From: a virus
Taxonomy: Duplodnaviria > Heunggongvirae > Uroviricota > Caudoviricetes
Length of the DNA: 50,985 nucleotides
Virus record (IMG/VR): IMGVR_UViG_2721755720_000003
Direction: 5' to 3' (one strand)
Part shown: piece after piece, positions 41,215-49,749 of the stretch
How the letters are laid out: each line of letters opens with the position of its first letter
How positions within the stretch are numbered: the first letter of the stretch is position 1
Notes under the pieces: model-generated
What the model was told of the DNA's origin: nothing
Database searches by the model: none
What the model saw: only the letters and a program-made list of their open reading frames with translations
Translations under genes and position numbers: made by a program

Positions 41215-42003
41215 TTACCCCCTGAAGCCTGGCGGGATCGCACTATCCGGTAACGAGACGGTGTTAACCTGTCGGAGTAACGTCTCAGGTCGAACACCTT
41301 TTGGCGCGAACAAGCCCTGGTATTCATTGGCGATGCTGTGTCGAATCACCTGCTCAGGTGAAAAACCCTGCTGGCGGAATTTTTCCAGCTCCCGTATCGC
41401 CCCGTTAGCGCCCTGCTCCGTTCGAATCGGTTTTCGCAATGCCTGCCTGAACTGAACCCACTCATGCCAGAGTGTTTCCGGCAACCAGTCAGGCAGCTCG
41501 ATAGCCTCCGGTTCGAATTTTTTAGACGCTCGTTTTTGGCGAGGGGGATTTAGGGGGAGATAAGTATTTATATCTTCCTCTTTCTCTTCCTCTGGTAACG
41601 CTTTTTGATCCGTTTTTGTAACGCTGGCAGCGTTACCTTTTCGTTTCAGTTCTCGTATTTTTGTTACTCTCTCGTTTGTAACCGCCCGTTTTTTAGAGCT
41701 TTTCCCGTTATGGCGCTCAAAGTTAGGAAGCGACAACACACCATTAGTTTCGACCAGCCATCCAACCTGAATTAACGCATCAGCAAAACCAGCCATAAAA
41801 GTGATGCGATCTATTGCACTTTTTGTAACGCCGCGAGCGTTACACTCTGCGTTACCGTCTATCATTTGTTGATCCGCCCATGCCCAGAAGCGAATGACTT
41901 TCCCTAATGCGGCATCTGGATCAATATTCAGAATCTCAGCAAGCCTGAATATTTCCGGCTTATCCGGCGTAATAACTTCGAGCTTTATCCAGTTTGAAGC
42001 CAT
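41215..42003 (-). CDS. ydaU: Replication initiation protein (YdaU-like, O-analog)
   Basis: 262 aa immediately upstream of the DnaC-like gene; contains palindromic repeats in its DNA. Confidence 0.65.
   Translation of the reverse strand: MASNWIKLEVITPDKPEIFRLAEILNIDPDAALGKVIRFWAWADQQMIDGNAECNARGVTKSAIDRITFMAGFADALIQVGWLVETNGVLSLPNFERHNGKSSKKRAVTNERVTKIRELKRKGNAASVTKTDQKALPEEEKEEDINTYLPLNPPRQKRASKKFEPEAIELPDWLPETLWHEWVQFRQALRKPIRTEQGANGAIRELEKFRQQGFSPEQVIRHSIANEYQGLFAPKGVRPETLLRQVNTVSLPDSAIPPGFRG
41618..41637. repeat. Palindrome TGTAACGC-N5-GCGTTAC (copy 1, inside ydaU)
   Basis: Perfect 7-bp arms; one of three copies spaced ~200 bp apart. Confidence 0.6.
41824..41844. repeat. Palindrome TGTAACGC-N5-GCGTTACA (copy 2, inside ydaU)
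   Basis: Perfect 7-bp arms; extra GCGTTACC half-site 5 bp downstream. Confidence 0.6.
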
Positions 42004-42015
42004 TTGTTTTCACCT

Positions 42016-42036
42016 TGTAACGCTCGCAGCGTTACA
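42016..42036. repeat. Palindrome TGTAACGC-N5-GCGTTACA (copy 3, just upstream of the ydaU start)
   Basis: Perfect 7-bp arms in the ydaT-ydaU intergenic region. Confidence 0.6.
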
Positions 42037-42080
42037 TTTAACTGATACCGAACAAAACAGTTCGGTACGATTAATTTCAA

Positions 42081-42503
42081 TCAATGCACTACGACAGAAT
42101 CGCTAGGAGAACCGCCGCCGCTGAAATGTGCTTTACGGTAAACGGCCTGGACTGCATCATCATGCGCATCAATTGCCGTACTCAGTGCATCCTGTGCCGC
42201 CAGTAATGCACGGCGTTCCAGGGTATCGAAGATGCAGAGTCGGTGACGCAGCTCGCGAGGAAGAATTGCCAGAACCGCAGGGATCAGTTTCTGAATTTTT
42301 TCCCTTTGCGCATTCGTTTCACCTTTCAACCAACGATGATAGATATTCTGCTGATTGTTCCAGTCCTTGCCTGGTACCAGGGGCAATTCGCCGCCCCCCT
42401 GGCGCAGATATTCTTCAGTAATTGCGTTAGCGACCCACGCCTGCCCTTTTTCGGCTGCCAGGGCTAACAACACTGATTCGATGTGCTCATGCTTGATTTT
42501 CAT
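42081..42503 (-). CDS. ydaT: YdaT-like protein (reported toxic product of the Rac immunity region)
   Basis: 140 aa; directly downstream of the Cro-like gene, same operon. Confidence 0.65.
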   Translation of the reverse strand: MKIKHEHIESVLLALAAEKGQAWVANAITEEYLRQGGGELPLVPGKDWNNQQNIYHRWLKGETNAQREKIQKLIPAVLAILPRELRHRLCIFDTLERRALLAAQDALSTAIDAHDDAVQAVYRKAHFSGGGSPSDSVVVH

Positions 42504-42754
42504 GAATCAACTCCCATCAGCTTTTTCGTAGTAGTTTTATTTCTGCCAATAGTTAAAATTGCATCGGCAGAAAATAATCCGTTTGATGCATGAGCGATTT
42601 TTTCAGCGTAATTTGTTTCGCCGGTATATTCTGTGCGAGGCAATTTTCCGTTATCCATCCATTTGTAGATTGCTCTTTGGCTGACACCACAAACGTCGGC
42701 CACAACAGAAACGCGAACAGTTTTGATTACATCTTCAAGTGTTTTCTGGTTCAT
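42500..42754 (-). CDS. ydaS: Cro-like HTH regulator (YdaS-like)
   Basis: 84 aa from the ATG at 42754 (GAGGGTG RBS); HTH VADVCGVSQRAIYKW; divergent from the repressor gene. Confidence 0.7.
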   Translation of the reverse strand: MNQKTLEDVIKTVRVSVVADVCGVSQRAIYKWMDNGKLPRTEYTGETNYAEKIAHASNGLFSADAILTIGRNKTTTKKLMGVDS

Positions 42755-42833
42755 ATCACCCTCACAATGTGAACTTTGAGTACATGCTATAACAGAACTG
42801 ACAGTACATTCAAGAGCGAATATCATTGAACTT
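42755..42833. promoter_or_regulatory. Divergent promoter/operator region between racR and ydaS (OR-like)
   Basis: 79-bp gap between divergent starts; two AGTACAT repeats at 42779-42785 and 42803-42809. Confidence 0.5.
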
Positions 42834-43253
42834 ATGGTTCATGAAGATAAAGCGCGTAAAGAGTTCGCCAGTAGGCTTGCGCTAGCCTGTGAAAACGCTG
42901 GTTATGAACAACATGGAAGGCAGGCAGAAATTGCCCGTCGAATGAAATTAACACCAAAAGCGGTTAGCAAATGGTTTAATGGTGAAACAATTCCTCGCCG
43001 AGAGAAATTAAGGGAATTAGCAACACTCATTGGAACAACACCAACCTATCTTTTGGGAGAGGATACAGAAGAAAGTGGACAGATACGTTTCTATCAGGAG
43101 TTAAATCCAAGACAAAAAATCATCATTGACCTTCTGGACGAGCTCCCTGACAGTGAGACAGATGAACTTTTAAAAACTCTTGAGGAGAAAAAACAGAAGT
43201 ACAATGCAATTTACGAAGAGTTAGCACGAAAGAAAAAACAAAAAGCCTCTTAA
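42834..43253 (+). CDS. racR: XRE-family HTH repressor (cI-analog, RacR-like)
   Basis: 139 aa; HTH in AEIARRMKLTPKAVSKWFNGE; divergent to the cro-like gene. Confidence 0.6.
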   Translation: MVHEDKARKEFASRLALACENAGYEQHGRQAEIARRMKLTPKAVSKWFNGETIPRREKLRELATLIGTTPTYLLGEDTEESGQIRFYQELNPRQKIIIDLLDELPDSETDELLKTLEEKKQKYNAIYEELARKKKQKAS

Positions 43254-43320
43254 ACCAGCATAAATCCGGTAGCGTCCCCCTCCGGGTTTGTGCTTCACTT
43301 TATCCCGTCTCATTTTTTTA

Positions 43321-43372
43321 TACATAAAATGTACTTAAAGTACTTTACAATGATGAACACAAAGTACATTAT
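43321..43372. promoter_or_regulatory. Operator-like palindrome and half-sites downstream of racR (OL-like, ahead of ydaG)
   Basis: GTACTT-A-AAGTAC perfect palindrome plus ATGTACT and AGTACAT copies and A/T-rich -10-like elements. Confidence 0.4.
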
Positions 43373-43539
43373 ATACCTACCAACCCACCCCGCCCCACAG
43401 AACGCCGGGCAATACTTCGAGTTACCAGGCAGTGGTCAGGGGTTAAGTAGCCAGCCCGAGGCGTATGAACATGACGGCGGGATTCAAATTTTGCAGTGCA
43501 GCAGTTAGTTCCGCCACCCGGCGTTAAGGGGATAGATAA

Positions 43540-43674
43540 GATGGTGCATTACGAAGTAGTTCAGTATTTGATGGATTGTTGCGGTATCACTTACAACCAG
43601 GCTGTGCAGGCTTTACGCAGCAACGACTGGGATCTCTGGCAGGCAGAAGTCGCTATACGTAGCAACAAGATGTG
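43540..43674 (+). CDS. ydaG: YdaG-like small protein (44 aa)
   Basis: AAGGGG RBS; MVHYEVVQYLMDCCGITYNQ…; below the ORF-track cutoff. Confidence 0.55.
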
Positions 43675-43685
43675 AGATTCGCAAA

Positions 43686-43841
43686 ATGCAAAAAATCGAC
43701 CTCGGCAACAACGAATCCCTGGTGTGCGGCGTGTTCCCCAACCAGGATGGAACGTTCACTGCCATGACGTATACCAAAAGCAAAACATTTAAAACCGAAA
43801 CTGGTGCGCGCCGATGGTTGGAGAAGCACACAGTAAGCTAA
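43686..43841 (+). CDS. ydaF: YdaF-like small protein (51 aa)
   Basis: ORF MQKIDLGNNESLVCGVFPNQDG… directly after ydaG. Confidence 0.55.
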   Translation: MQKIDLGNNESLVCGVFPNQDGTFTAMTYTKSKTFKTETGARRWLEKHTVS

Positions 43842-44326
43842 CGATTAAAACGTCTACTCCTGCTGTTCCAGAATAACTTCATAAAATGGGAGTATTTTTC
43901 GGTGACGAGATAATAAGAACAGTTTGCGCTATCACTCTGATGTTGAATGATGCCCTTCCGTTCTAATTTTTTCATAACCGGGTTACGGCAAGGAGAAGTG
44001 ATAATAAGATTTCCTGTTTTAAGGAAATCTTTAAATACAGCGATTTCTTTCTCAGATAAACGAAGCAATACTCGTTGCTCTGGCAGTAATGAATAATGCT
44101 TTTGAATATGTGCTCGCAATCTTGAGAAGGAAATGGCGACCACGAAAGAAAAGGCAAAAACGATAATCTGAAAGAGCCAAGGTATTTCAGTATAAGCATT
44201 GAATGCGACAGTAAACTCTTTCGGTATCAGCCAGAGAGTGAGACCAAAAATGATAATCGTATACATAAGTCTTTCGAGTGGCTCGTTAGCAAAAAGTTTC
44301 AACAATGGAGTAAATACATCCAACAT
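43838..44326 (-). CDS. sieB: Superinfection exclusion protein SieB
   Basis: 162 aa from MLDVFTPLLKLFANEPLERL…; membrane segments. Confidence 0.85.
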   Translation of the reverse strand: MLDVFTPLLKLFANEPLERLMYTIIIFGLTLWLIPKEFTVAFNAYTEIPWLFQIIVFAFSFVVAISFSRLRAHIQKHYSLLPEQRVLLRLSEKEIAVFKDFLKTGNLIITSPCRNPVMKKLERKGIIQHQSDSANCSYYLVTEKYSHFMKLFWNSRSRRFNR

Positions 44327-44767
44327 ATCAATAACTCTCAACTGTAAGGGTATTGAAATGTTAACACAAGCTCTCGCTGTAGGGGTATAGCCGAGACCAC
44401 CGAAGCCCGGAGGTGGTGAAATAAAACCGGGCACAACACGAAGGCGCATTTCCGATATCCATAAAGAGTCGGTCTTGTCTGTTAAATTTAAATGGTGGGA
44501 GTGCGCCTCCGGTTGTAAATAACGACATTGCTGTGTGTAGTCCTGGCGGCATCAGTTTTTTTCTTGAAGTTCGGCTGATGTCCGCCCTTTTTAAAGTGAA
44601 TTTTGTGATGCGGTGAATGCGGCTAAGCGCACGTGGCACAGTTAAAAGTCATGTTAGTCCTTATTGGTTTGGGTGGGAAAGCCGACTGTAATTGTTAACT
44701 GGTTGCAGTCACCTGGAGGCACCAGGCACCGCATCAACAAAGTTCATTTGTAAAAATGGAGATAATT

Positions 44768-44989
44768 ATGATTGCACATCACTTCGGAACTGATGAAATA
44801 CCACGTCAGTGTGTGACTCCTGGCGATTATGTTCTTCATGAAGGCCGGACATATATTGCCTCGGCAAACAATATTAAAAAGCGAAAACTATATATTCGTA
44901 ACCTGACCACAAAAACATGCATTACTGACCGCATGATTAAAGTCTTCCTCGGTCGTAATGGTTTACCTGTAAAGGCGGAGTCATGGTGA
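44768..44989 (+). CDS. kilR: KilR, FtsZ-targeting cell division inhibitor
   Basis: 73 aa [26 protein letters not shown]…. Confidence 0.85.
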   Translation: MIAHHFGTDEIPRQCVTPGDYVLHEGRTYIASANNIKKRKLYIRNLTTKTCITDRMIKVFLGRNGLPVKAESW

Positions 44990-45159
44990 TGACTAAGAAA
45001 ATAAAATGTGCTTACCACCTTTGCAAAAAAGACGTTGAAGAAAGCAAAGCTATTGAAAGAATGCTTCACTTCATGCACGGGATTTTATCAAAAGACGAAC
45101 CGAGAAAATATTGCAGTGAAGCTTGTGCCGAAAAAGACCAGATGGCACATGAACTTTAA
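44989..45159 (+). CDS. ydaE: YdaE-like small Cys-rich protein
   Basis: 56 aa [14 protein letters not shown]…CSEAC…; start overlaps the kilR stop. Confidence 0.55.
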   Translation: MTKKIKCAYHLCKKDVEESKAIERMLHFMHGILSKDEPRKYCSEACAEKDQMAHEL

Positions 45160-45233
45160 TTAATTGACTATTCGAAACTGAATTTATGCCAGAAATGGCA
45201 GGTATTCGCTCAACCTTAATTAAGGAGAAAAAC

Positions 45234-45509
45234 ATGATTACCAATTATGAAGCCACTGTTGTAACTACCGATGACATTGTTCACGAGGTGAATCTGGAAG
45301 GAAAGCGCATTGGCTACGTAATTAAAACAGAAAATAAAGAAACCCCATTCACTGTGGTTGATATCGATGGTCCATCAGGCAACGTAAAAACACTTGATGA
45401 AGGTGTCAAAAAAATGAGCCTGGTGCATATCGGAAAGAATCTGCCCGCAGAAAAAAAAGCCGAATTTCTGGCAACTCTAATTGCAATGAAATTAAAAGGT
45501 GAAATCTGA
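45234..45509 (+). CDS. racC: RacC-like protein
   Basis: 91 aa from MITNYEATVV… with an AAGGAG RBS; immediately upstream of recE. Confidence 0.55.
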   Translation: MITNYEATVVTTDDIVHEVNLEGKRIGYVIKTENKETPFTVVDIDGPSGNVKTLDEGVKKMSLVHIGKNLPAEKKAEFLATLIAMKLKGEI

Positions 45510-45610
45510 AAGAAATAGCCTGCGTATGGCGCAGGCTATGAACAGTGTGTATCCGGCAAGATCATTCACTGAACAAAACGAATTTTAATCTGAGTTGAGG
45601 TTAAAAAACA

Positions 45611-48211
45611 ATGAGCACAAAACCACTCTTCCTGTTACGGAAAGCGAAAAAATCATCCGGTGAACCTGACGTCGTCCTGTGGGCAAGCAACGATTTTGAA
45701 TCGACCTGTGCCACTCTGGACTACCTGATCGTTAAGTCAGGTAAAAAACTGAGCAGCTATTTTAAAGCTGTTGCCACGAATTTTCCTGTCGTTAATGACC
45801 TGCCCGCTGAAGGTGAGATCGATTTTACCTGGAGTGAACGCTATCAACTCAGCAAAGACTCCATGACATGGGAACTAAAACCGGGAGCAGCACCAGACAA
45901 CGCTCACTATCAAGGCAATACCAACGTCAACGGCGAAGACATGACTGAGATTGAGGAGAATATGCTACTCCCAATTTCTGGCCAGGAACTGCCCATTCGT
46001 TGGCTTGCTCAACACGGCAGCGAAAAACCGGTAACGCACGTTTCACGCGACGGACTCCAGGCATTACACATTGCTCGGGCTGAAGAACTACCGGCTGTTA
46101 CTGCCCTGGCTGTTTCCCACAAAACCAGCCTGCTCGACCCGCTGGAAATTCGCGAACTCCACAAACTGGTTCGTGACACTGACAAAGTTTTCCCTAATCC
46201 TGGTAATTCAAACCTGGGACTGATAACTGCTTTTTTCGAAGCATACCTGAACGCTGACTACACCGATCGAGGACTGCTGACAAAAGAGTGGATGAAGGGT
46301 AATCGTGTTTCACACATCACTCGCACGGCTTCCGGTGCTAATGCTGGCGGCGGAAACCTCACCGATCGCGGCGAAGGTTTCGTACACGATCTGACGTCAC
46401 TGGCGCGCGACGTAGCCACTGGCGTACTGGCCCGTTCAATGGATCTGGACATCTATAACCTTCATCCGGCACACGCTAAACGCATTGAGGAAATTATCGC
46501 TGAAAATAAACCGCCCTTTTCTGTTTTCCGCGACAAATTCATCACCATGCCTGGCGGGCTGGATTATTCCCGCGCCATCGTGGTTGCGTCCGTAAAAGAA
46601 GCACCAATTGGGATCGAGGTCATCCCCGCGCACGTCACTGAATATCTGAACAAAGTACTGACTGAAACCGATCATGCCAACCCTGATCCGGAAATCGTGG
46701 ATATTGCCTGCGGTCGCTCCTCTGCCCCGATGCCGCAGCGAGTAACAGAAGAAGGAAAACAGGATGATGAAGAAAAACCGCAACCATCTGGAACAACGGC
46801 AGTTGAACAGGGAGAGGCTGAAACAATGGAACCGGACGCAACTGAACATCATCAGGACACGCAGCCGCTGGATGCTCAGTCACAGGTAAATTCTGTTGAT
46901 GCGAAATATCAGGAACTGCGGGCAGAACTCCATGAAGCCCGGAAAAACATTCCATCAAAAAATCCTGTCGATGCCGATAAATTGCTTGCTGCATCACGTG
47001 GTGAATTTGTTGACGGAATTAGCGACCCGAACGATCCGAAATGGGTAAAGGGGATCCAGACTCGCGATTGTGTGTACCAGAACCAGCCAGAAACGGAAAA
47101 AACCAGCCCAGATATGAATCAACCTGAGCCAGTAGTGCAACAGGAACCGGAAATAGCCTGCAATGCCTGCGGCCAGACTGGCGGGGATAACTGCCCTGAC
47201 TGTGGTGCGGTGATGGGCGACGCAACATACCAGGAAACATTCGCTGAAGAGAGTCAGGTTGAAGCTAAGGAAAATGATCCGGAGGAAATGGAAGGCGCTG
47301 AACATCCGCACAATGAGAATGCTGGCAGCGATCCGCATCGCGATTGCAGTGATGAAACTGGCGAAGTCGCAGATCCCGTAATCGTAGAAGACATAGAGCC
47401 AGGTATTTATTACGGAATTTCGAATGAGAATTACCACGCGGGTCCCGGTATCAGTAAGTCTCAGCTCGATGACATTGCTGATACTCCGGCACTATATTTG
47501 TGGCGTAAAAATGCCCCCGTGGACACCACAAAGACAAAAACGCTCGATTTAGGAACTGCTTTCCACTGCCGGGTACTTGAACCGGAAGAATTCAGTAACC
47601 GCTTTATCGTAGCACCTGAATTTAACCGCCGTACAAACGCCGGAAAAGAAGAAGAGAAAGCGTTTCTGATGGAATGCGCAAGCACAGGAAAAACGGTTAT
47701 CACTGCGGAAGAAGGCCGGAAAATTGAACTCATGTATCAAAGCGTTATGGCTTTGCCGCTGGGGCAATGGCTTGTTGAAAGCGCCGGACACGCTGAATCA
47801 TCAATTTACTGGGAAGATCCTGAAACAGGAATTTTGTGTCGGTGCCGTCCGGACAAAATTATCCCTGAATTTCACTGGATCATGGACGTGAAAACTACGG
47901 CGGATATTCAACGATTCAAAACCGATTATTACGACTACCGCTATCACGTTCAGGATGCATTCTACAGTGACGGTTATGAAGCACAGTTTGGAGTGCAGCC
48001 AACTTTCGTTTTTCTGGTTGCCAGCACAACTATTGAATGCGGACGTTATCCGGTTGAAATTTTCATGATGGGCGAAGAAGCAAAACTGGCAGGTCAACAG
48101 GAATATCACCGCAATCTGCGAACCCTGTCTGACTGCCTGAATACCGATGAATGGCCAGCTATTAAGACATTATCACTGCCCCGCTGGGCTAAGGAATATG
48201 CAAATGACTAA
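45611..48211 (+). CDS. recE: Exodeoxyribonuclease VIII (RecE)
   Basis: 866 aa; essentially identical over its length to E. coli RecE as recalled. Confidence 0.95.
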   Translation: MSTKPLFLLRKAKKSSGEPDVVLWASNDFESTCATLDYLIVKSGKKLSSYFKAVATNFPVVNDLPAEGEIDFTWSERYQLSKDSMTWELKPGAAPDNAHYQGNTNVNGEDMTEIEENMLLPISGQELPIRWLAQHGSEKPVTHVSRDGLQALHIARAEELPAVTALAVSHKTSLLDPLEIRELHKLVRDTDKVFPNPGNSNLGLITAFFEAYLNADYTDRGLLTKEWMKGNRVSHITRTASGANAGGGNLTDRGEGFVHDLTSLARDVATGVLARSMDLDIYNLHPAHAKRIEEIIAENKPPFSVFRDKFITMPGGLDYSRAIVVASVKEAPIGIEVIPAHVTEYLNKVLTETDHANPDPEIVDIACGRSSAPMPQRVTEEGKQDDEEKPQPSGTTAVEQGEAETMEPDATEHHQDTQPLDAQSQVNSVDAKYQELRAELHEARKNIPSKNPVDADKLLAASRGEFVDGISDPNDPKWVKGIQTRDCVYQNQPETEKTSPDMNQPEPVVQQEPEIACNACGQTGGDNCPDCGAVMGDATYQETFAEESQVEAKENDPEEMEGAEHPHNENAGSDPHRDCSDETGEVADPVIVEDIEPGIYYGISNENYHAGPGISKSQLDDIADTPALYLWRKNAPVDTTKTKTLDLGTAFHCRVLEPEEFSNRFIVAPEFNRRTNAGKEEEKAFLMECASTGKTVITAEEGRKIELMYQSVMALPLGQWLVESAGHAESSIYWEDPETGILCRCRPDKIIPEFHWIMDVKTTADIQRFKTDYYDYRYHVQDAFYSDGYEAQFGVQPTFVFLVASTTIECGRYPVEIFMMGEEAKLAGQQEYHRNLRTLSDCLNTDEWPAIKTLSLPRWAKEYAND

Positions 48212-49013
48212 GCAACCACCAATCGCAAAAGCCGATCTGCAAAAAACTCAGGGAAATCGTGCACCAGCAGCAGTTAAAAATAGCGACGTGATTAGTTTTA
48301 TTAACCAGCCATCAATGAAAGAGCAACTGGCAGCAGCTCTTCCACGCCATATGACGGCTGAACGTATGATCCGTATCGCCACCACAGAAATTCGTAAAGT
48401 TCCGGCGTTAGGAAACTGTGACACTATGAGTTTTGTCAGTGCGATCGTACAGTGTTCACAGCTCGGACTTGAGCCAGGTAGCGCCCTCGGTCATGCATAT
48501 TTACTGCCTTTTGGTAATAAAAACGAAAAGAGCGGTAAAAAGAACGTTCAGCTAATCATTGGCTATCGCGGCATGATTGATCTGGCTCGCCGTTCTGGTC
48601 AAATCGCCAGCCTGTCAGCCCGTGTTGTCCGTGAAGGTGACGAGTTTAGCTTCGAATTTGGCCTTGATGAAAAGTTAATACACCGCCCGGGAGAAAACGA
48701 AGATGCCCCGGTTACCCACGTCTATGCTGTCGCAAGACTGAAAGACGGAGGTACTCAGTTTGAAGTTATGACGCGCAAACAGATTGAGCTGGTGCGCAGC
48801 CTGAGTAAAGCTGGTAATAACGGGCCGTGGGTAACTCACTGGGAAGAAATGGCAAAGAAAACGGCTATTCGTCGCCTGTTCAAATATTTGCCCGTATCAA
48901 TTGAGATCCAGCGTGCAGTATCAATGGATGAAAAGGAACCACTGACAATCGATCCTGCAGATTCCTCTGTATTAACCGGGGAATACAGTGTAATCGATAA
49001 TTCAGAGGAATAA
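48204..49013 (+). CDS. recT: RecT single-strand annealing recombinase
   Basis: 269 aa from [12 protein letters not shown]…; ATG overlaps the recE stop (ATGACTAA). Confidence 0.95.
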   Translation: MTKQPPIAKADLQKTQGNRAPAAVKNSDVISFINQPSMKEQLAAALPRHMTAERMIRIATTEIRKVPALGNCDTMSFVSAIVQCSQLGLEPGSALGHAYLLPFGNKNEKSGKKNVQLIIGYRGMIDLARRSGQIASLSARVVREGDEFSFEFGLDEKLIHRPGENEDAPVTHVYAVARLKDGGTQFEVMTRKQIELVRSLSKAGNNGPWVTHWEEMAKKTAIRRLFKYLPVSIEIQRAVSMDEKEPLTIDPADSSVLTGEYSVIDNSEE

Positions 49014-49072
49014 TTCAGCCTGGCGGTGTAATGCACCGCCAACTTGAAATATTTTTTATGAGAAAAATTATG

Positions 49073-49264
49073 AGATATGACAATGTTAAACCATGTCCAT
49101 TTTGTGGTTGTCCATCAGTAACGGTGAAAGCCATTTCAGGATATTACCGAGCGAAGTGTAACGGATGCGAATCCCGAACCGGTTATGGTGGAAGTGAAAA
49201 AGAAGCACTCGAAAGATGGAATAAACGAACCACTGGAAATAATAATGGAGGTGTTCATGTATAA
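49073..49264 (+). CDS. ralR: RalR / Lar restriction-alleviation protein (type I TA toxin, DNase)
   Basis: 64 aa MRYDNVKPCPFCGCPSVTV… with Cys4 cluster. Confidence 0.85.
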   Translation, partial: RYDNVKPCPFCGCPSVTVKAISGYYRAKCNGCESRTGYGGSEKEALERWNKRTTGNNNGGVHV

Positions 49265-49454
49265 AATTACCGCCACTATTGAAAAGGAAGGTGGCACTCC
49301 TACTAACTGGACAAGATATTCAAAATCTAAACTAACGAAATCAGAATGCGAAAAAATGCTCTCAGGTAAAATTTCCAGAGAGCAGAAAGTAAAACTGATA
49401 AATTTTAATTGCGAGAAACTTCAGTCCTCGAGAATTGCATTGTATTCAAATTAA
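49257..49454 (+). CDS. ydaC: YdaC-like small protein
   Basis: 65 aa from MYKITATIEKEGG…; overlaps the ralR stop. Confidence 0.55.
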   Translation: MYKITATIEKEGGTPTNWTRYSKSKLTKSECEKMLSGKISREQKVKLINFNCEKLQSSRIALYSN

Positions 49455-49532
49455 AACTTCATAGCTGATTATTAATAATCAACATCGGGCGTCAATTTCA
49501 GTCTAACATTGGCGCCTGCCAGAGGTGATGCG

Positions 49533-49748
49533 ATGGCACAAGTAATCTTTAATGAAGAGTGGATGGTTGAATACGGCCTGATGCTTCGCACTGGTCTGGG
49601 GGCCAGACAAATTGAAGCATACCGCCAGAACTGTTGGGTGGAGGGCTTCCACTTCAAACGAGTATCTCCTTTAGGTAAGCCAGACAGCAAACGAGGGATT
49701 ATCTGGTACAACTATCCAAAGATAAATCAGTTTATCAAAGACTCATGA
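49533..49748 (+). CDS. xisR: Excisionase-like protein (XisR / YdaQ)
   Basis: 71 aa from [15 protein letters not shown]…; immediately upstream of int. Confidence 0.7.
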   Translation: MAQVIFNEEWMVEYGLMLRTGLGARQIEAYRQNCWVEGFHFKRVSPLGKPDSKRGIIWYNYPKINQFIKDS

Positions 49749-49749
49749 T

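Noticed and set aside
43290-43831. 72-aa ORFs at 43290..43508 (+) and 43613..43831 (-)
   Set aside because: The first spans the operator-like region with no RBS; the second is antisense to the ydaG and ydaF genes, which have proper RBSs
44361-44639. 92-aa ORF in the sieB-kilR intergenic region
   Set aside because: No RBS and a Pro/Arg-rich improbable translation; region more likely holds promoters for sieB and the early operon
46258-48109. Series of - strand ORFs (64 to 147 aa) inside recE
   Set aside because: Antisense to the essentially full-length RecE ORF; low-complexity translations
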